64,000 bases of DNA from the NCBI GenBank assembly GCA_023213395.1, contig CM041465.1, positions 26,047,741 through 26,111,740 of the forward strand, read 5' to 3'. Position numbers and translations under genes: made by a program. The DNA is from Cycas panzhihuaensis (lineage: Eukaryota > Plantae > Cycadophyta). Below the pieces are notes generated by a model that was not told where the DNA came from, made no database searches, and saw only the letters and a program-made list of their open reading frames with translations. This document shows positions 1-12,185 of the stretch, piece after piece (the stretch's first letter is position 1; the number at the start of each line of letters is the position of its first letter).

Positions 1-862
1 TCCTCTGTGATCTACAATCATCCACTAGCTGCTATGAATTATCTCAAAAGCCTGGCTACACATAGAATGCAAATACATAGATGGGCGTCTCTCCCATTGG
101 TTGAAATATATGGGTGTCACCATGACCTTCCATCATAATGTAATCTCAATGGAAATGGAACACCACTCTATGAACTGTGATCTACTTCATCGTTTATAGA
201 TCTAGCACCTTCACATAGTAGGCTATATGTACTTGGCTAGCAATTGAGTAACCAAATGTTGCATCTACAGAAACATGGGGCACTAGGTAATGCTACACAC
301 CCAAATACCTACACAAGATAAAACCGCCTCTTAGACTCCTCCTCACACCTCTAAGGACTAACAAAAACTTATAAAATAGATAACAAGAGGCACCAAGAGT
401 CCATACATGATCACTACACCCTGTGGCTGTCCTGTCGGCTATCAGAGAAGATGATTCTCAATGAAGGGTTGAGCTAGTATAACCTGGCAACTTGTGATCT
501 AAAAAACTCTACCCAACAAATGCCTACTTTTGCGCAACCATCTACTCTAATACCATGTTAGAAATCACAGATAAATAGATTGTTTATGTACAAAATGAGC
601 ATGAAATGAATAACCATATAATAGAATTGATGTAGAAAACCTTGTAGTAAAAACCTACCACAGAATATATATTACATTGATAAAGAATCATAGAGTACAA
701 TGGACTTTAAATCCCTTTAAATAGATCCATAAGTGCCTCATATATTATAATGACATTACATCCGTTGGCCTATAATATCATATTAATACATTATATATAT
801 TTGTACAATAGTGCACCACATTCATATTAGTCAGGCTAAGTGGATAACATGCCACTTTAACA
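1..862 (-). mobile_element. 5' end of a minus-strand LTR element (LTR 556-862, tRNA-Met PBS 545-555); internal region runs off the window start
   Basis: TGTTAGA...TTTAACA termini. Adjacent ctctaatacca is the reverse complement of a degenerate TGGTATCAGAG. Contains a GAAAACC...AAAAACC-ACCAC motif shared with other LTRs in the window. Confidence 0.65.
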
Positions 863-1196
863 ATTATCTCTATTAATTTTAGTGATATTAGAGTGGTATG
901 GTCTTCCTCACTTATATTTTTTCATGCAAAATTTTGCAATTATTAATGCATGTATTTGTTTGGGTATCTCTTATCTTTGTAATAATCATTACATGTGAAA
1001 TGGATTTGTAACCCTCACAAAGCCATATTTTTTTCAAATAATTTTATACTTAGACACCTCCTTTCTACATATTTAATCCCACAAGGAATTATACAATCAT
1101 TAATATAATTAAGCAGTCTTAATTATGATAGTTATTTAGTAATTGGGTTGTTTTTTAGTGGCAAATGAACAGAACTAATAATTCCAAGGTATAAGT

Positions 1197-1661
1197 TATT
1201 AAAATTTATTGCAAAGGATAACAACTTATGTAATGAAGTAGGAGGAATGTCAAGTATGCATAAATATGTGATATGTAATAAACAATAATGAATTATAAAA
1301 CATTTATGAGGTGTTTAAGATAACCATAAAGTATAACAAATGAAGTATATATATATTGATATACCATAATTATGCACACAAAAAGAATATCATCATGAGA
1401 CATCAAATTTATATGTGGAAAGCCCTAAAAGGGAAAAATCATAGGAGAATGGTGGAACTTAGCTTTCTTTATTAGCTTATTTTAAATATTCATATGATTT
1501 TTCTATATATTTATAGATCTATTACTTCATGTATCATTCAATAGTCTTGTGATGATATATCAACTAATAAACTCAAATGTGAAAAGCTTTCACATCTAGA
1601 AATAATGACTCATCACTAATTAAACATTATATTAATATTTGTAAAATTTAATATTCTAACA
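1197..1661 (-). repeat. 3' LTR of element A
   Basis: Aligns by eye to 18456-18871 (aaaatttatt.caaaggataacaacttat... to aatattc.aaca) with ~50 bp extra. Confidence 0.8.
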
Positions 1662-2278
1662 CTTCCTCTTCATATTTAATTTATGGAACTTAAATATCTT
1701 CATTTTCATCTTCATGTTAAATCTTCATGCTGGATCACTTGTTCATCATGTATCTTACATAAACTGTAAATATTAATCATCAAACTTGTCTTTACCATGC
1801 TTATTTTCTTATAAACAAATTTCATCTCTCTCGTATCATTAATATGCATCATCCCTTGTAAATTGATAATCAACATGATTCACAATTCGTTATATCATAT
1901 GAAATCCTTTTTCAACAACTTCATATCTTCCAATTGTAAGCTATAAAACAAACTTATCAATGAACTAAATTCACTAGTGCCCATATAAAGTAACAACCAT
2001 CTACCAAAATGCATGGGTAATCAACCATTATAATTGATAGTTAGATAGAAAGTGTTTCTTATATGTAGCTTATCAACTTCATAAATAAAGAATAACACAA
2101 TACAATTAAATTATGTTCTAACAAGAGTAACTTGTGCATTCGTTTTTGCTTATTGTTTTACGAGATATGGGAAAATCCATGTGTTGTATCCATCAATGCT
2201 TTTACATAAGGTAACATTTGTAGCTTTCTTTGGCAACTAATCTCTCAATCATTTTTTAAAATTAACTCTAAGAACAGG

Positions 2279-2967
2279 TGTTGTGACAAAAACTAATACT
2301 GCACATTCAAGATACATTCTAGATCAAGAATGGACAACACAGAATGCATTCTAGGTTCGAAATGGTTGATGTGCAGAAGGAACGCATGAAAATAGTGAAG
2401 GAACACAAGAAAACACTGTAGGAACACATGAAATAATGTAGGAACGCATGGAACAACATAAGAACATATGAGGAATGCAACACGTAAGACTTTAAGGCGG
2501 GCGATTTGGAAAGACACATGAGCAACCATACAGGCGAATAGACACTTCTGAATAGAAGTCCGTTCTAGGGAATGAATGGTTGCGAGTGTAGACACATCCA
2601 TTCCTCAATAGAGATGCATTTGGTATTTAATAACATCCAATCATTGGGATGGATGTGAGAGCCAAGTAGTGTAATCCAACGGTTCCTAATATGGTACGGT
2701 TGACTAGTCAAGACCGAATGGACCCTAAGTGATGTACTTTTGACTATTATCTAATATAATACAAAGAGTTACGTGAAAAGAATGTGTACCTACTGTGGAA
2801 TGCATATGGAATGTATGTGTGACTTATGTGGATGGTTAATTAAAGAATGTGTTATGTGGATGGTTAATTAAAGAATGTGTATGTTGGCCACTTGCACACA
2901 CCCTAGACTATAGTGGAAACACTTGACAAGTGAGAATATGCAGTAGGAGTAGATTTAGCAGTCAACA
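2279..2967 (+). repeat. 5' LTR of gypsy element 1 (689 bp)
   Basis: TGTTG...CAACA termini. Contains a 28-bp tandem duplication (2824-2879) absent from the 3' LTR. Confidence 0.95.
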
Positions 2968-2968
2968 T

Positions 2969-2981
2969 TAGTTCTATTGCC
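2969..2981 (+). promoter_or_regulatory. Primer binding site, probably tRNA-Glu
   Basis: TAGTTCTATTGCC lies 1 nt after the LTR. It differs by three transitions from TGGTTCCGTTGCC, the complement of the plant tRNA-Glu 3' end as recalled. Confidence 0.6.
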
Positions 2982-3100
2982 CAAGTCCACTAAGTGGAGG
3001 GAAGAGAAACTAGAAAATTCATGTGCAAAATACAAGTCACCCTAGCTATCATAGTGATGGTAGGCTCTAACTAAGCCTAGATAGCCAGGGGGACCTTCCA

Positions 3101-6100
3101 ATGCCACCTAAAAGACATTCAAAGATAGAAGAGTCATAAGTAAAACCTCCGGAGATACCAGAATCAAGTAGGCAGAGAGCTCTAAGATGGTACCAAGAAA
3201 AGAAAATAAGGAGAGCAAGGAGATTAAGTATTAAAAATAAAGAAGGCCATAATGAGTTAATGGAAGGATTTGAGGTAAGTGGAGCCTAGACACCACGAGG
3301 AATAGAAAATAGAGGCCAAGGGGAGCCCATGTCAATCACACCTACTCCAAAAACATATTATAATGAAGGGAAGGAGATGAAACAAGAGGAAGAAGAAACA
3401 AATAATCCTGAAATGGAACAAAGCTTAGACTCTACTCTGAAGGACCTGAGTGGTAATGAGGAGAAGGTGGAGGAAGGTCCCTAGGCATATTGGGAAAACC
3501 ACTTGATTAGAGAACTTTTTGAAGATCTACCAGAGGTAAACAAAGATCAGTCATATATAATAACAACTCTAGTAGCAGCAGAAATACTGAGAGTACCAAG
3601 GATTATTCTACTAAAATTGCCAATATGCAATCCCTTATTTAGGAAGGAGAATAGTAGGGAAGAAACACCACCAAGGAGACTTTATAAGAAGTTCCCTGAA
3701 GAGGAGATAATAGTTCCATATCAAAAGGAAGAAGAGAAAGAGAAACTTACAATGGCGCATCATAAGGAGTTTGGGAAACTCATCTTCGATGACTTCACCG
3801 ATGTTGCTCAACATATCTATTTATTCCAAAGATTGATTAACCTTGAGAAAATTATAGATGAAGGTGAAATCAAAGAAAGATTTGCATACTCACTAAGAGG
3901 CATACCATTGGCATGGTACAAGCAACTAGACCAGAATAAATCATGGAGTGAAATAAGAAAAGAGTTTGAAACAAGATTTCAGAAGTATAGAAACAACGAT
4001 ATCATCAAATTAACATTAAGAGAGCCAACAGAAACCCAAAGAGTCAGTCTTGACCAATATCAGTAGAATAGACATGATTGTTGCTTCCATGACTAATAAT
4101 GAGAAAATTACAGATTTAAGCATGTGTACTTTTTTCATAAATGGATTAAACACTAAGTTAAGGAATGCAATGGCATCCCATCCATTGAAATCACACAAGC
4201 ATGCATAAGAGTTGGCCTTGGATTTCGAAAAGGAGATAGACATGAAAAGGATAGCCTATGACCCTCTAGTAATGAGATTGCAAGAAGAAATCAATGAGTT
4301 GAAAACCCAGAATTTGAATAGACCTCTCTTCCAAATGACAAAAACAGAAGAAAGCACGGAAGTAGAATCCTTAAAGAAAGAAGTAGCCAGGCTAAAATTA
4401 CAACAAGATAATCCCAAAGAAGATTCCAAAACACATGAGGGAAAAGAACCCCCAATAGAGAAATGGTGTTATATTTGTGAAGAGAGCACCCATACTACCA
4501 AGGAATGTGAATGTAATGCAAGGAATTGAAGACAAAATGCTTGGTTCCATATCTGCAACCAAGGAACACACAACATATGTGATTGTTATTTTAACACCAA
4601 ATGTTCCAATGCCTAGGGGAGAGGGCAAGGAAGAAACAATATGAACACTTATACAATGTACACAACCCAAACCAACCATAAAACCCAAGGAAAAAACCTT
4701 TGTTAGGTAGATGTTTAATATGTTTGGAGTATAGACACTGGAAGTCAGATTGTCAAATATCAAAAATTCAAAAAGAATGCCCATACTTATGTAAGAACTG
4801 TGGTCCGAGTACTCACACCATCGAAGAATGCAAAGGGAAGGAAAAATCCTTAAACAGAGTGACAATCATACCCAAATCTCCAAAAAATGTTAACTTACAG
4901 AATCAAAGAAATAAAAATGATTATCCTAACCCTAAGGTAAAAATCGATCATTTTGCCGCTACGAAGAGAGCATTGGAGGAAGCTGCATAGGAATAAGGAC
5001 TCAAATTATTACCCCTATGAAATCTAGGAATTAGATAAGTATATAGAAGAAAGAATAAGAAAATAGAGGAAACAACAATGTAACAGAACCCAAGAGGGAA
5101 CCTAAAAATAGAAGGATTCCTACAAAAGTTATTACTAATAGAGGATTTGGTGAATCGACTAAATTTAAATATCCCATTAGGGAAGGTCATCAAATGGATC
5201 AAAGAAGGGAAAATACACCCAAAGGAAGCTTATAGAAGTTTGAATAAAATCAAACCATCTTGTGATCTGGACCCCTCAGTGGATATTAATATTTTGGGAA
5301 TCAATCTTAAAAATGTCATCGTGGATGGAGGGGCAGCAGTGAATATCCTACTAACCTAAACATAGAAAAAACTTCGGAGCCCTTGTTTGGCATCAACTAA
5401 CTATTCATTAAAGTTGGCTAATGAACTACTAGTCAAACCGATGGGATGATTAGAAAATATCCAAGTAAACATAGCTAGTATCATTGTTCCAATTGACTTT
5501 ATGATTGTGGACACTGTGAACGACATGGTTACCTATTCAACACTACTAAGGAGACCATGGTTATACCAAACTGAGTGCTTATAAAGCTGGAAAGATGTAA
5601 CATTTACCCTCACGGATGGGGGAAATAAAGTTGTCTTCCCTATGTTGGAAAAAGGGAAATATATGGTAGAAGTCATTCTGGATACAACATCCAGTATGAC
5701 AATTGCCACTCAAGAAACTTCTTCTACATTTTACAAAGCTCAACTATACCACACGACAGAGAAGACTGGCCATATGAACAATGGTCAAGACTACGAACCA
5801 AATGTATATGGGGAATTACCATCTAAAACATCATATGATGAGAACAAAACTGATCATATGATCTGATATTGGATGGACGTTGCGTATGAAATACAACCCT
5901 CTTCTTTTCATTATAATTTGTTGTACAAATATGTTTCAATTGACAATAAGCTAAATAATTTAGATTATATATATGCCAAGAACTATGAAAACCCATTAGA
6001 ACATAATATAGTTAGAATTAAATTCTAAATAAAACATAAAGTCCATGTAAATCTTATCATAACCCCTCAATCCCCTTTTCATTTCTCCTTTACTTCCATA

Positions 6101-9100
6101 ACCCCACCCCTTAGCCCCAGAAGTGAATTGGGAGATCTAGCCAATCTTCCTTTCGATTCTAGGGGTATCCTTCCAAAACCTTCCACCGAAGCCCGATGGG
6201 TCGAGATGGAACATTCTACTTCCAATCAGAAGTATTCCTTAAATTCATCTACCTTTCTTTCAGCAACTCTTCCCAACAATTTTGGAATAGAAACTAGCTT
6301 ACTAAAAGTTACAAATAAGGATCATCCCATAGAATATGTACTAGAAGATAAGTTTATTAGGCAAAACCAAATACCTACATTCTCAGGGAAAAGAATGGAA
6401 GGTACTAAACACTTAATCCAATATATGGAACATTGGTTATAACACAAGATCATAGATAAATAATAATGGGTAATTGATTTCATAATATTTGTTAAGGAAA
6501 ATGCCTGGTGGTGGTACATAGATCATTACCATAACCTACAAACCTGGGAAAATCTACAATCAACTTTTAGATTGAGATTTTATGTACCTCAAAACTTGAT
6601 TATTTCAAGATTTTGAATAGGGGAATCCTTGAATAAGCACCTTTTAAGGTGTAAAAGATTATGGAAACAATGGAGTATTCCTAAGTCGTACTAGGCCCAT
6701 CTTTTTATCCACACCCTAGGAACCCTAGTAAGAAAATGGTTCCTAAAATAGGAACAACTCCGACAGGTAATATGGGAAGAAATTAGGCATTCATTTGTTT
6801 AGACTTTTTCCTACTCTTTCGACAACTAAACCATCAATAAACTACTAAAAAATATAAGGGATATAGGTAAAAAAGTAGAAAAGAATTTAATGTCAATTAA
6901 AAACATTAGTGATACAAAGAACAATGATTATGAAGAAGAGGAAGCTAATAACTTACCCACCGAATATACGGAGTTAAGGTATGAACAAAGAGAGATAGAG
7001 AACACACCTACTTATTTGGAAGAAGAAGAGAAGAAACAAGCAGAACTCAAAACAACCCAAATTAATCTTGGGACCGATGCAGACCCTAAAAATGGCAATT
7101 ATTGGGATGAAAGGATAGTGGCAAAAGCTTAAGTATTATTTGACGAATATCGTGACATCTTTGCTTGGTCTTAGAAAGACCTGAAAGGAATCCCACCTTA
7201 AATCAGAATACACCACACATATCTTATCAAAGGATCAAAACTAGTAGAGCAAAGACCTTACAGAATAAACCCCAAATACAAGGAGAAAGTGAAAACAGAA
7301 TTAGACAAGATGTTAGAAGCAGGGTACATATATGAGATCGAATACAGTGATTAGGTTAGCCCTGTTGTAGTTGTACCTAAGAAGAATGGAAAAAATTGAG
7401 TGTGTATAGGTTACCAATAGTTGAATAAAGTTACTAAAAAAGATCCATTTCTTGTTCCCTTTACAGAGGAGATCTTAGAAACTGTCGAAGGGAAAGAAGT
7501 TTACTCTTTTATGGATGGATTTAGTAGATATAATCAGGTGAGTATCACCCTAGAAGATCATCATAAAACCACACTTATAACCGAATAGGAAACATATGCA
7601 TACCATGTTATGCCCTTCAACCTTACGAATGCCCTAAAAACTTTCCAATGCATTGTATTGAATATATTCAAAAAATTAATTGGGGAAATAGTAGTAGTCT
7701 TTCTGGACAACTGGACTTTATATGGAGTAATAAAAAATCATATGGAGAATCTAAGAATAATGTTGCAAATTTGTAAAGAAAACCATTTATGTTTGAATCC
7801 AAAAAAATGTACCTTTCTAGTACCCTTTGGAAACCTCCTCAGACATGTGGTAAGCAAGGAAGGATTAATGACCAATCCTGCTAAGGTTGCGACTATATTA
7901 CATTTTTCTCAACCTCAAAATCAGAAACAAGTGAAAGGATTCCTGGGATTAATATGATATTATTAGAAATTTATGAAAAGATATGCACAAATAGAAGGGC
8001 CATTAGAAGATCTTCTAAAGAAAGAAATAGAATGGCAATGGGAGCCATAACAACAAAAGTCTTTTGAAACCCTAAAACGTGTCATAGCATCAGCCCTAGT
8101 ACTACATTTTCCCTAGTATTCTATGTGCATGTGGATGCTTTCCAGTATGCTATTGGGTGTGTTCTGATACAATCGGGAGACAAGGGTACAGACCAACCCA
8201 TATACTTTGCTAGTCAGAAATTAACTAAAGCTGAGAAAAATTATATAACAACAGAAAGGGAAGGACTTGGAATGGTCTATGCACTACAAAAATTTTACCA
8301 TTACTTGCTTGCCAACCCTTTTATATTCTATGTAGACCTTCAAGCGCTCATGTATTTAGTAAATAAACTAATACTGAGAAGACGAATCAGTTGTTGGTTA
8401 ATGTTATTCCAAGAATTTACCTTTTGGATCGTGGTAAAACCTAGTAAAGCTCGTATCATTCCAGATCAACTCTCCAGAATTTGTAATGGTGAAAAAGCTA
8501 CGAGAATTCTAGACGCAATACCTTTTTAGCATAGAATTCGTTCCTATGGAATGGTATCAAGATATAATGGAATTTTTGGTTATGGGACAATGCACACCAA
8601 CTATGGATAAGACATAAAAATAGAACTTGGTATGAAAAGCAGAACCCTACCAACTAATCAGGGGGAGAATTATATCGATTAGGACCTAATGATATCCTAT
8701 GAAGATATATTCATCTGCACGAAATAAATCAAGTGATATATCAAGCTCACGAGAGCATGGATGGAGGACACGTAGGAACAAGGAATACATAAAGAAAAAT
8801 CTTAACCGCGAGTTTTTGGTGGCTAACCATATTCGAAGACGTAAAACACTAGATAAAAAGATGCGATTATTGCCAAAGAGTGGGAAAACCCAATAGAAGA
8901 GACTTCAACCCTCTTAATTTGATTCTTCTATTGGCACCATTCGAGAAATGGGGCCTTGATTTTATTGGACCCATCAAACCAGCAACCAGACGAACCCAAG
9001 CACGTTACATTCTAGTAGCATCTGACTATGCTACAAAATGGGTGGAGGCCTAATCATTAAGGAAAGTTGATTCAACTAGTACAACCATATTCCTTTATGA

Positions 9101-9803
9101 GGCAATTATTACCAGATTTAGATGTCCCATTGAGCTCATTAGTGACCAAGGAGCTCATTTCCTCAATGAAGTGGTAAAAGAACTTACAGAAACTTTTATG
9201 GTCATGCATCATAAATCTACGCCATATTATCCATATGTGAATGGATAGGCATAAAGTTCAAATAAGATATTGGAGAACTGCTTACAAAAAGTATGCGACA
9301 TTGGGAGATCTAACTAGACAAAAAAGCTACCATCAGTTCTATGGGCATTTCGTACTACCTACAAACACAGTACGTGATACACCCCATTTAAGCTCGTATA
9401 TGGAATCAAAGCTATACTTCTAATTGAATTCCAGATACCTAGTTTGAGAATTGCTCTAGCTTGTTGATTAGATGATCCAGAATCATTATGGGAATGGCTA
9501 TGGCAATTGATCCAACTCAATGAAGATCAACAAAAATCAGAATGGTTGTAAAAACTTGAGAAATGGAGAAAAAAGGCATGGCATGATCAGCATATTTTCC
9601 ACCCTCAATTCCAGGAAGATAAACAAGTATTATTATGTGACAATAAGTTCCGCACCCATCCTAGAAAATTGAAACCAAGGTGGTTAGGACCCTACCAAGT
9701 GGATAAAATATATCACAATGGATTAGTTCAACTAAGTGATAGAAATGGATACAAACTGCCCGCTCTGATTAATAGCAGTAAACTAAAAGAATATCATCAA
9801 TAA
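3101..9803 (+). pseudogene. gag-pol: gag-pol polyprotein pseudogene of gypsy element 1 (largely one frame from MPPKR... through RT; many in-frame stops)
   Basis: Gag FAYSLRGIPLAWY...WSEIRKEFETRF. CCHC knuckles 4467-4831. Protease VIVDGGAAVNIL ~5310-5350. RT DPFLVPF...FMDGFSRYNQ...MPFNLTNA...FLDNW ~7135-8100. RNase H VDAFQYAIGCVL...TEREGLG 8125-8480. Integrase [24 protein letters not shown], ending at TAA 9801-9803. Confidence 0.95.
6371..6811 (+). other. Two tandem capsid-like (retrotransposon Gag CA-NTD) repeats inside pol, between protease and RT
   Basis: Read-through translation in the pol frame gives IPTFSG...KHLIQY...KIIDK**WVIDF...NAWWWY...TWENLQSTFRLRF and ISRF*...KHLLRC...HLFIHTL...KWF...WEEIRHSFV*TFS. 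Both have the same spacing of F, HL, F, W(Y/F), W..., F..RF as the element's own Gag. Confidence 0.75.
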
Positions 9804-10343
9804 TTTCAGTATGAGTTAGCTAAATGTATCATATGTATTGCATGAAGTTGTGAGACAACTGAAGTTGTCCTAGATGCTATTATATAAACATAAAATCTTA
9901 AAAACATATATATAAAATGTTGAAAAACCAACTGTAACTCATAAAACTATGAAAAACTAGACAAAGGTATGAATAAATAACACTATGCATTCCAACTTAG
10001 GAATGTGAGTAAAGCAAAAAGCTCTTATACAAGGATGTGTTTCTCCTAAGGAATGGAGAAAAAACAAAGGAATGGTCAGTGAAAGGGAACCATTCCAAGC
10101 AGGGAATGGATAATAGAAAAGTTATAACAGATTACAGGAACCATTTTGAACATGGAATGCACAGTGTTAGATGCATTCCAAAACGGGAATGCATCCCGAA
10201 CAGACCAGAAGAAGGAGTTTATAAGGGAAAAAAACCTAGAAATGTTCCATTTTTCGAACGCACGTAGGGAGAAGAACAAAATCTAGCCAATAGGAGAACG
10301 ATTCCATCAAATATTCAGGAGAAGGAATGTACCTTCAAACAAG

Positions 10344-11450
10344 ATGAAGATCGCAGGAATGTAGGAGATGTACGTACTAAAGCTCTAAATAGAATTTGAA
10401 GAACTTTTAAAGGATTTTAAAGCCAAGATTCAACAAGCTGGATAGGGAGACTTTGTGACTATACCACCTTTATACTGGGATCCAAAAATCATGGAAGAAA
10501 TCATTGTGGCAATCAAATGGAATCAAGAGAAAGTTAGGTTAGATACACCTATTATTCAAGAATTCATAGGATTATCAAATAAGGGAGAAATCCCCATGGT
10601 TACCAAGAAATCAGAAGTGGATAGGGAAACTTAGATAAGGGAATTATGCACTCCTGTTGTGTAAGTCTTCTCAGAAGGCATTAAGATTATTGATATTACT
10701 GATAGAGGGTTGCAGTAGGTAGCCAAAGTGATAGTATCCAAATTTCTCTCAAAGCAAAAACATGCCTACATTCTGGGAGGTTTAATACCATTATTGTTAG
10801 CATTATGTGATGGAGTTAAAATGGGCTGGTGTTAATTTATGACCAATAGCACGGAGCAATAGTTGGGGGAATTGCAAAATCATCCCTTCAGGCAACCATC
10901 ACTTCTACTTGCACTATTATTTCATTAGTGTCTAGACATCAATCCTCCTTCGCTGCCCATCCAACTAGGAGAACCAGTAATAAAGAAATGGGTTAACACC
11001 ATGCCCAACAGTATTCAGGATTTAGGAGTAAAGCACCAAGTTAAGGTAGAAATGACAAAAGTTCTCAAATGGGTATAACATAAACCAGGCACTTCCTACC
11101 CACATCGGCAAAAATAAAAAATGAAAAGGGCCTCAAAGAGAAGTAGAGAGCATCCAGTAGAAGAAGAATTACCTTTAGAGTGGGAAATAGATATTCCACA
11201 AGCAACATCTGAGATAGGGGAGGGTTCTTCTCAACCATCTCTAAGTGAGAAGGGCACATTTATAATTTAAACACTCTAAGAGTTAGAATAAGGGTATAGA
11301 GTACAAATCACAGAGCTATAAGAAAAAATTAAGGAGAAGGATTCCATCATAGCAACTTTGACCCAGATTAACGAGGACATGTTGAAGGTAGCTGAGTCAA
11401 CGGACTGTAGGAGTAGCCCTAACATCAAAGGGAGGAGGAGGAAGCAGCAT
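10344..11450 (+). pseudogene. Extra sense ORF downstream of pol (Athila/SIRE env-like or putative plant transposon protein type, with C-terminal coiled coil)
   Basis: About 370 codons in one frame, broken only by TAA/TAG stops: AG*GDFV...LYWDPKIMEEII...VRLDTPIIQEFIGLSNKGE...KMGWC*FM...PSLLLALLFH, then a heptad-like tail. Family assignment is by resemblance only. Confidence 0.65.
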
Positions 11451-11518
11451 AAAAAAATTTTAAATTTTTTTAATTTTTTAGCACAGATGCTCAACCTATT
11501 TTGGGGACCCCAGATAGA

Positions 11519-12185
11519 TGTTGTGACAAAAAGTGACACCGTATGTTCAAGATGCATTCTAGAGCAGGAATGGACAACACAGGATGCATTCTAGGTTTGG
11601 GATGATTGCTATGTAGCAGGAACACATGAAAATAGTGAAGGAATACATGAAAACCATGCAGGAACACATGAAATAACATAGGAATGCATGGAACATCATA
11701 GGAACGTAGGAGGAATGCAACATAGAAGATGGAACAGTGGTAGTATGAAAAAGACACGTGAGTAGTCATATAGATGAATAGACACTTCTAAATAGACATC
11801 CATTCCAGGGAACAAATAGTTGTGACTATAGACGCAATCATTCCTCAACAAGGATGTACATGGTATTTAATGACATCCAATCATTGGGATGGATGTGAGA
11901 CCCGAGTAGTGTAATCCAACGGTTCTTGATCTGGTATGGTTGACCAGTCAAGACTGAGTGGACCCTAAGTGATGTACTTTTGACTATTGTCTAATGTAAT
12001 ACAAAGAGTTACATCAAAAGAATGTGTACTTACTGTGGAATGCATATGGAATGTATGTGAATTGTGGACTTATGTGGATGATTAATTAAAGAATGTGTAT
12101 GTTGACCACTTTCACACACCCTAGACCACAATGGAAACCCTCGACAAGTGAGAATTTGCAGTAGGAGTAGATTTAGTAGTCAATA
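11519..12185 (+). repeat. 3' LTR of gypsy element 1 (667 bp)
   Basis: Homologous to 2279-2967 (11 differences in the first 79 nt by eye, mostly transitions). Ends CAATA and is followed by the TSD. Confidence 0.95.

Larger units (their letters stand above)
2279..12185 (+). mobile_element. Full-length Ty3/gypsy LTR retrotransposon, non-chromoviral (Athila-like/basal OTA group), degenerate
   Basis: LTRs 2279-2967 and 11519-12185. Perfect 5-bp TSD ACAGG (2274-2278, 12186-12190). Domain order gag-PR-RT-RH-INT. No chromodomain or aRH seen. Confidence 0.95.

Noticed and set aside
1154-1170. 17-bp identity (tttagtggcaaatgaac) with copia RT at ~26824
   Set aside because: The match does not extend on either side and is treated as chance or a tiny relic.
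2380-2480. Regularly spaced ggaac..atg repeats as a possible CRISPR-like array
   Set aside because: Eukaryotic LTR U3 repeats: short and degenerate, with no unique spacers or cas genes.
2293-2601. Minus-strand ORFs in the LTRs (also 11491-11769)
   Set aside because: Low-complexity by-products of the ggaacacatgaaata repeats. Frames and stops are not shared between the two LTRs.
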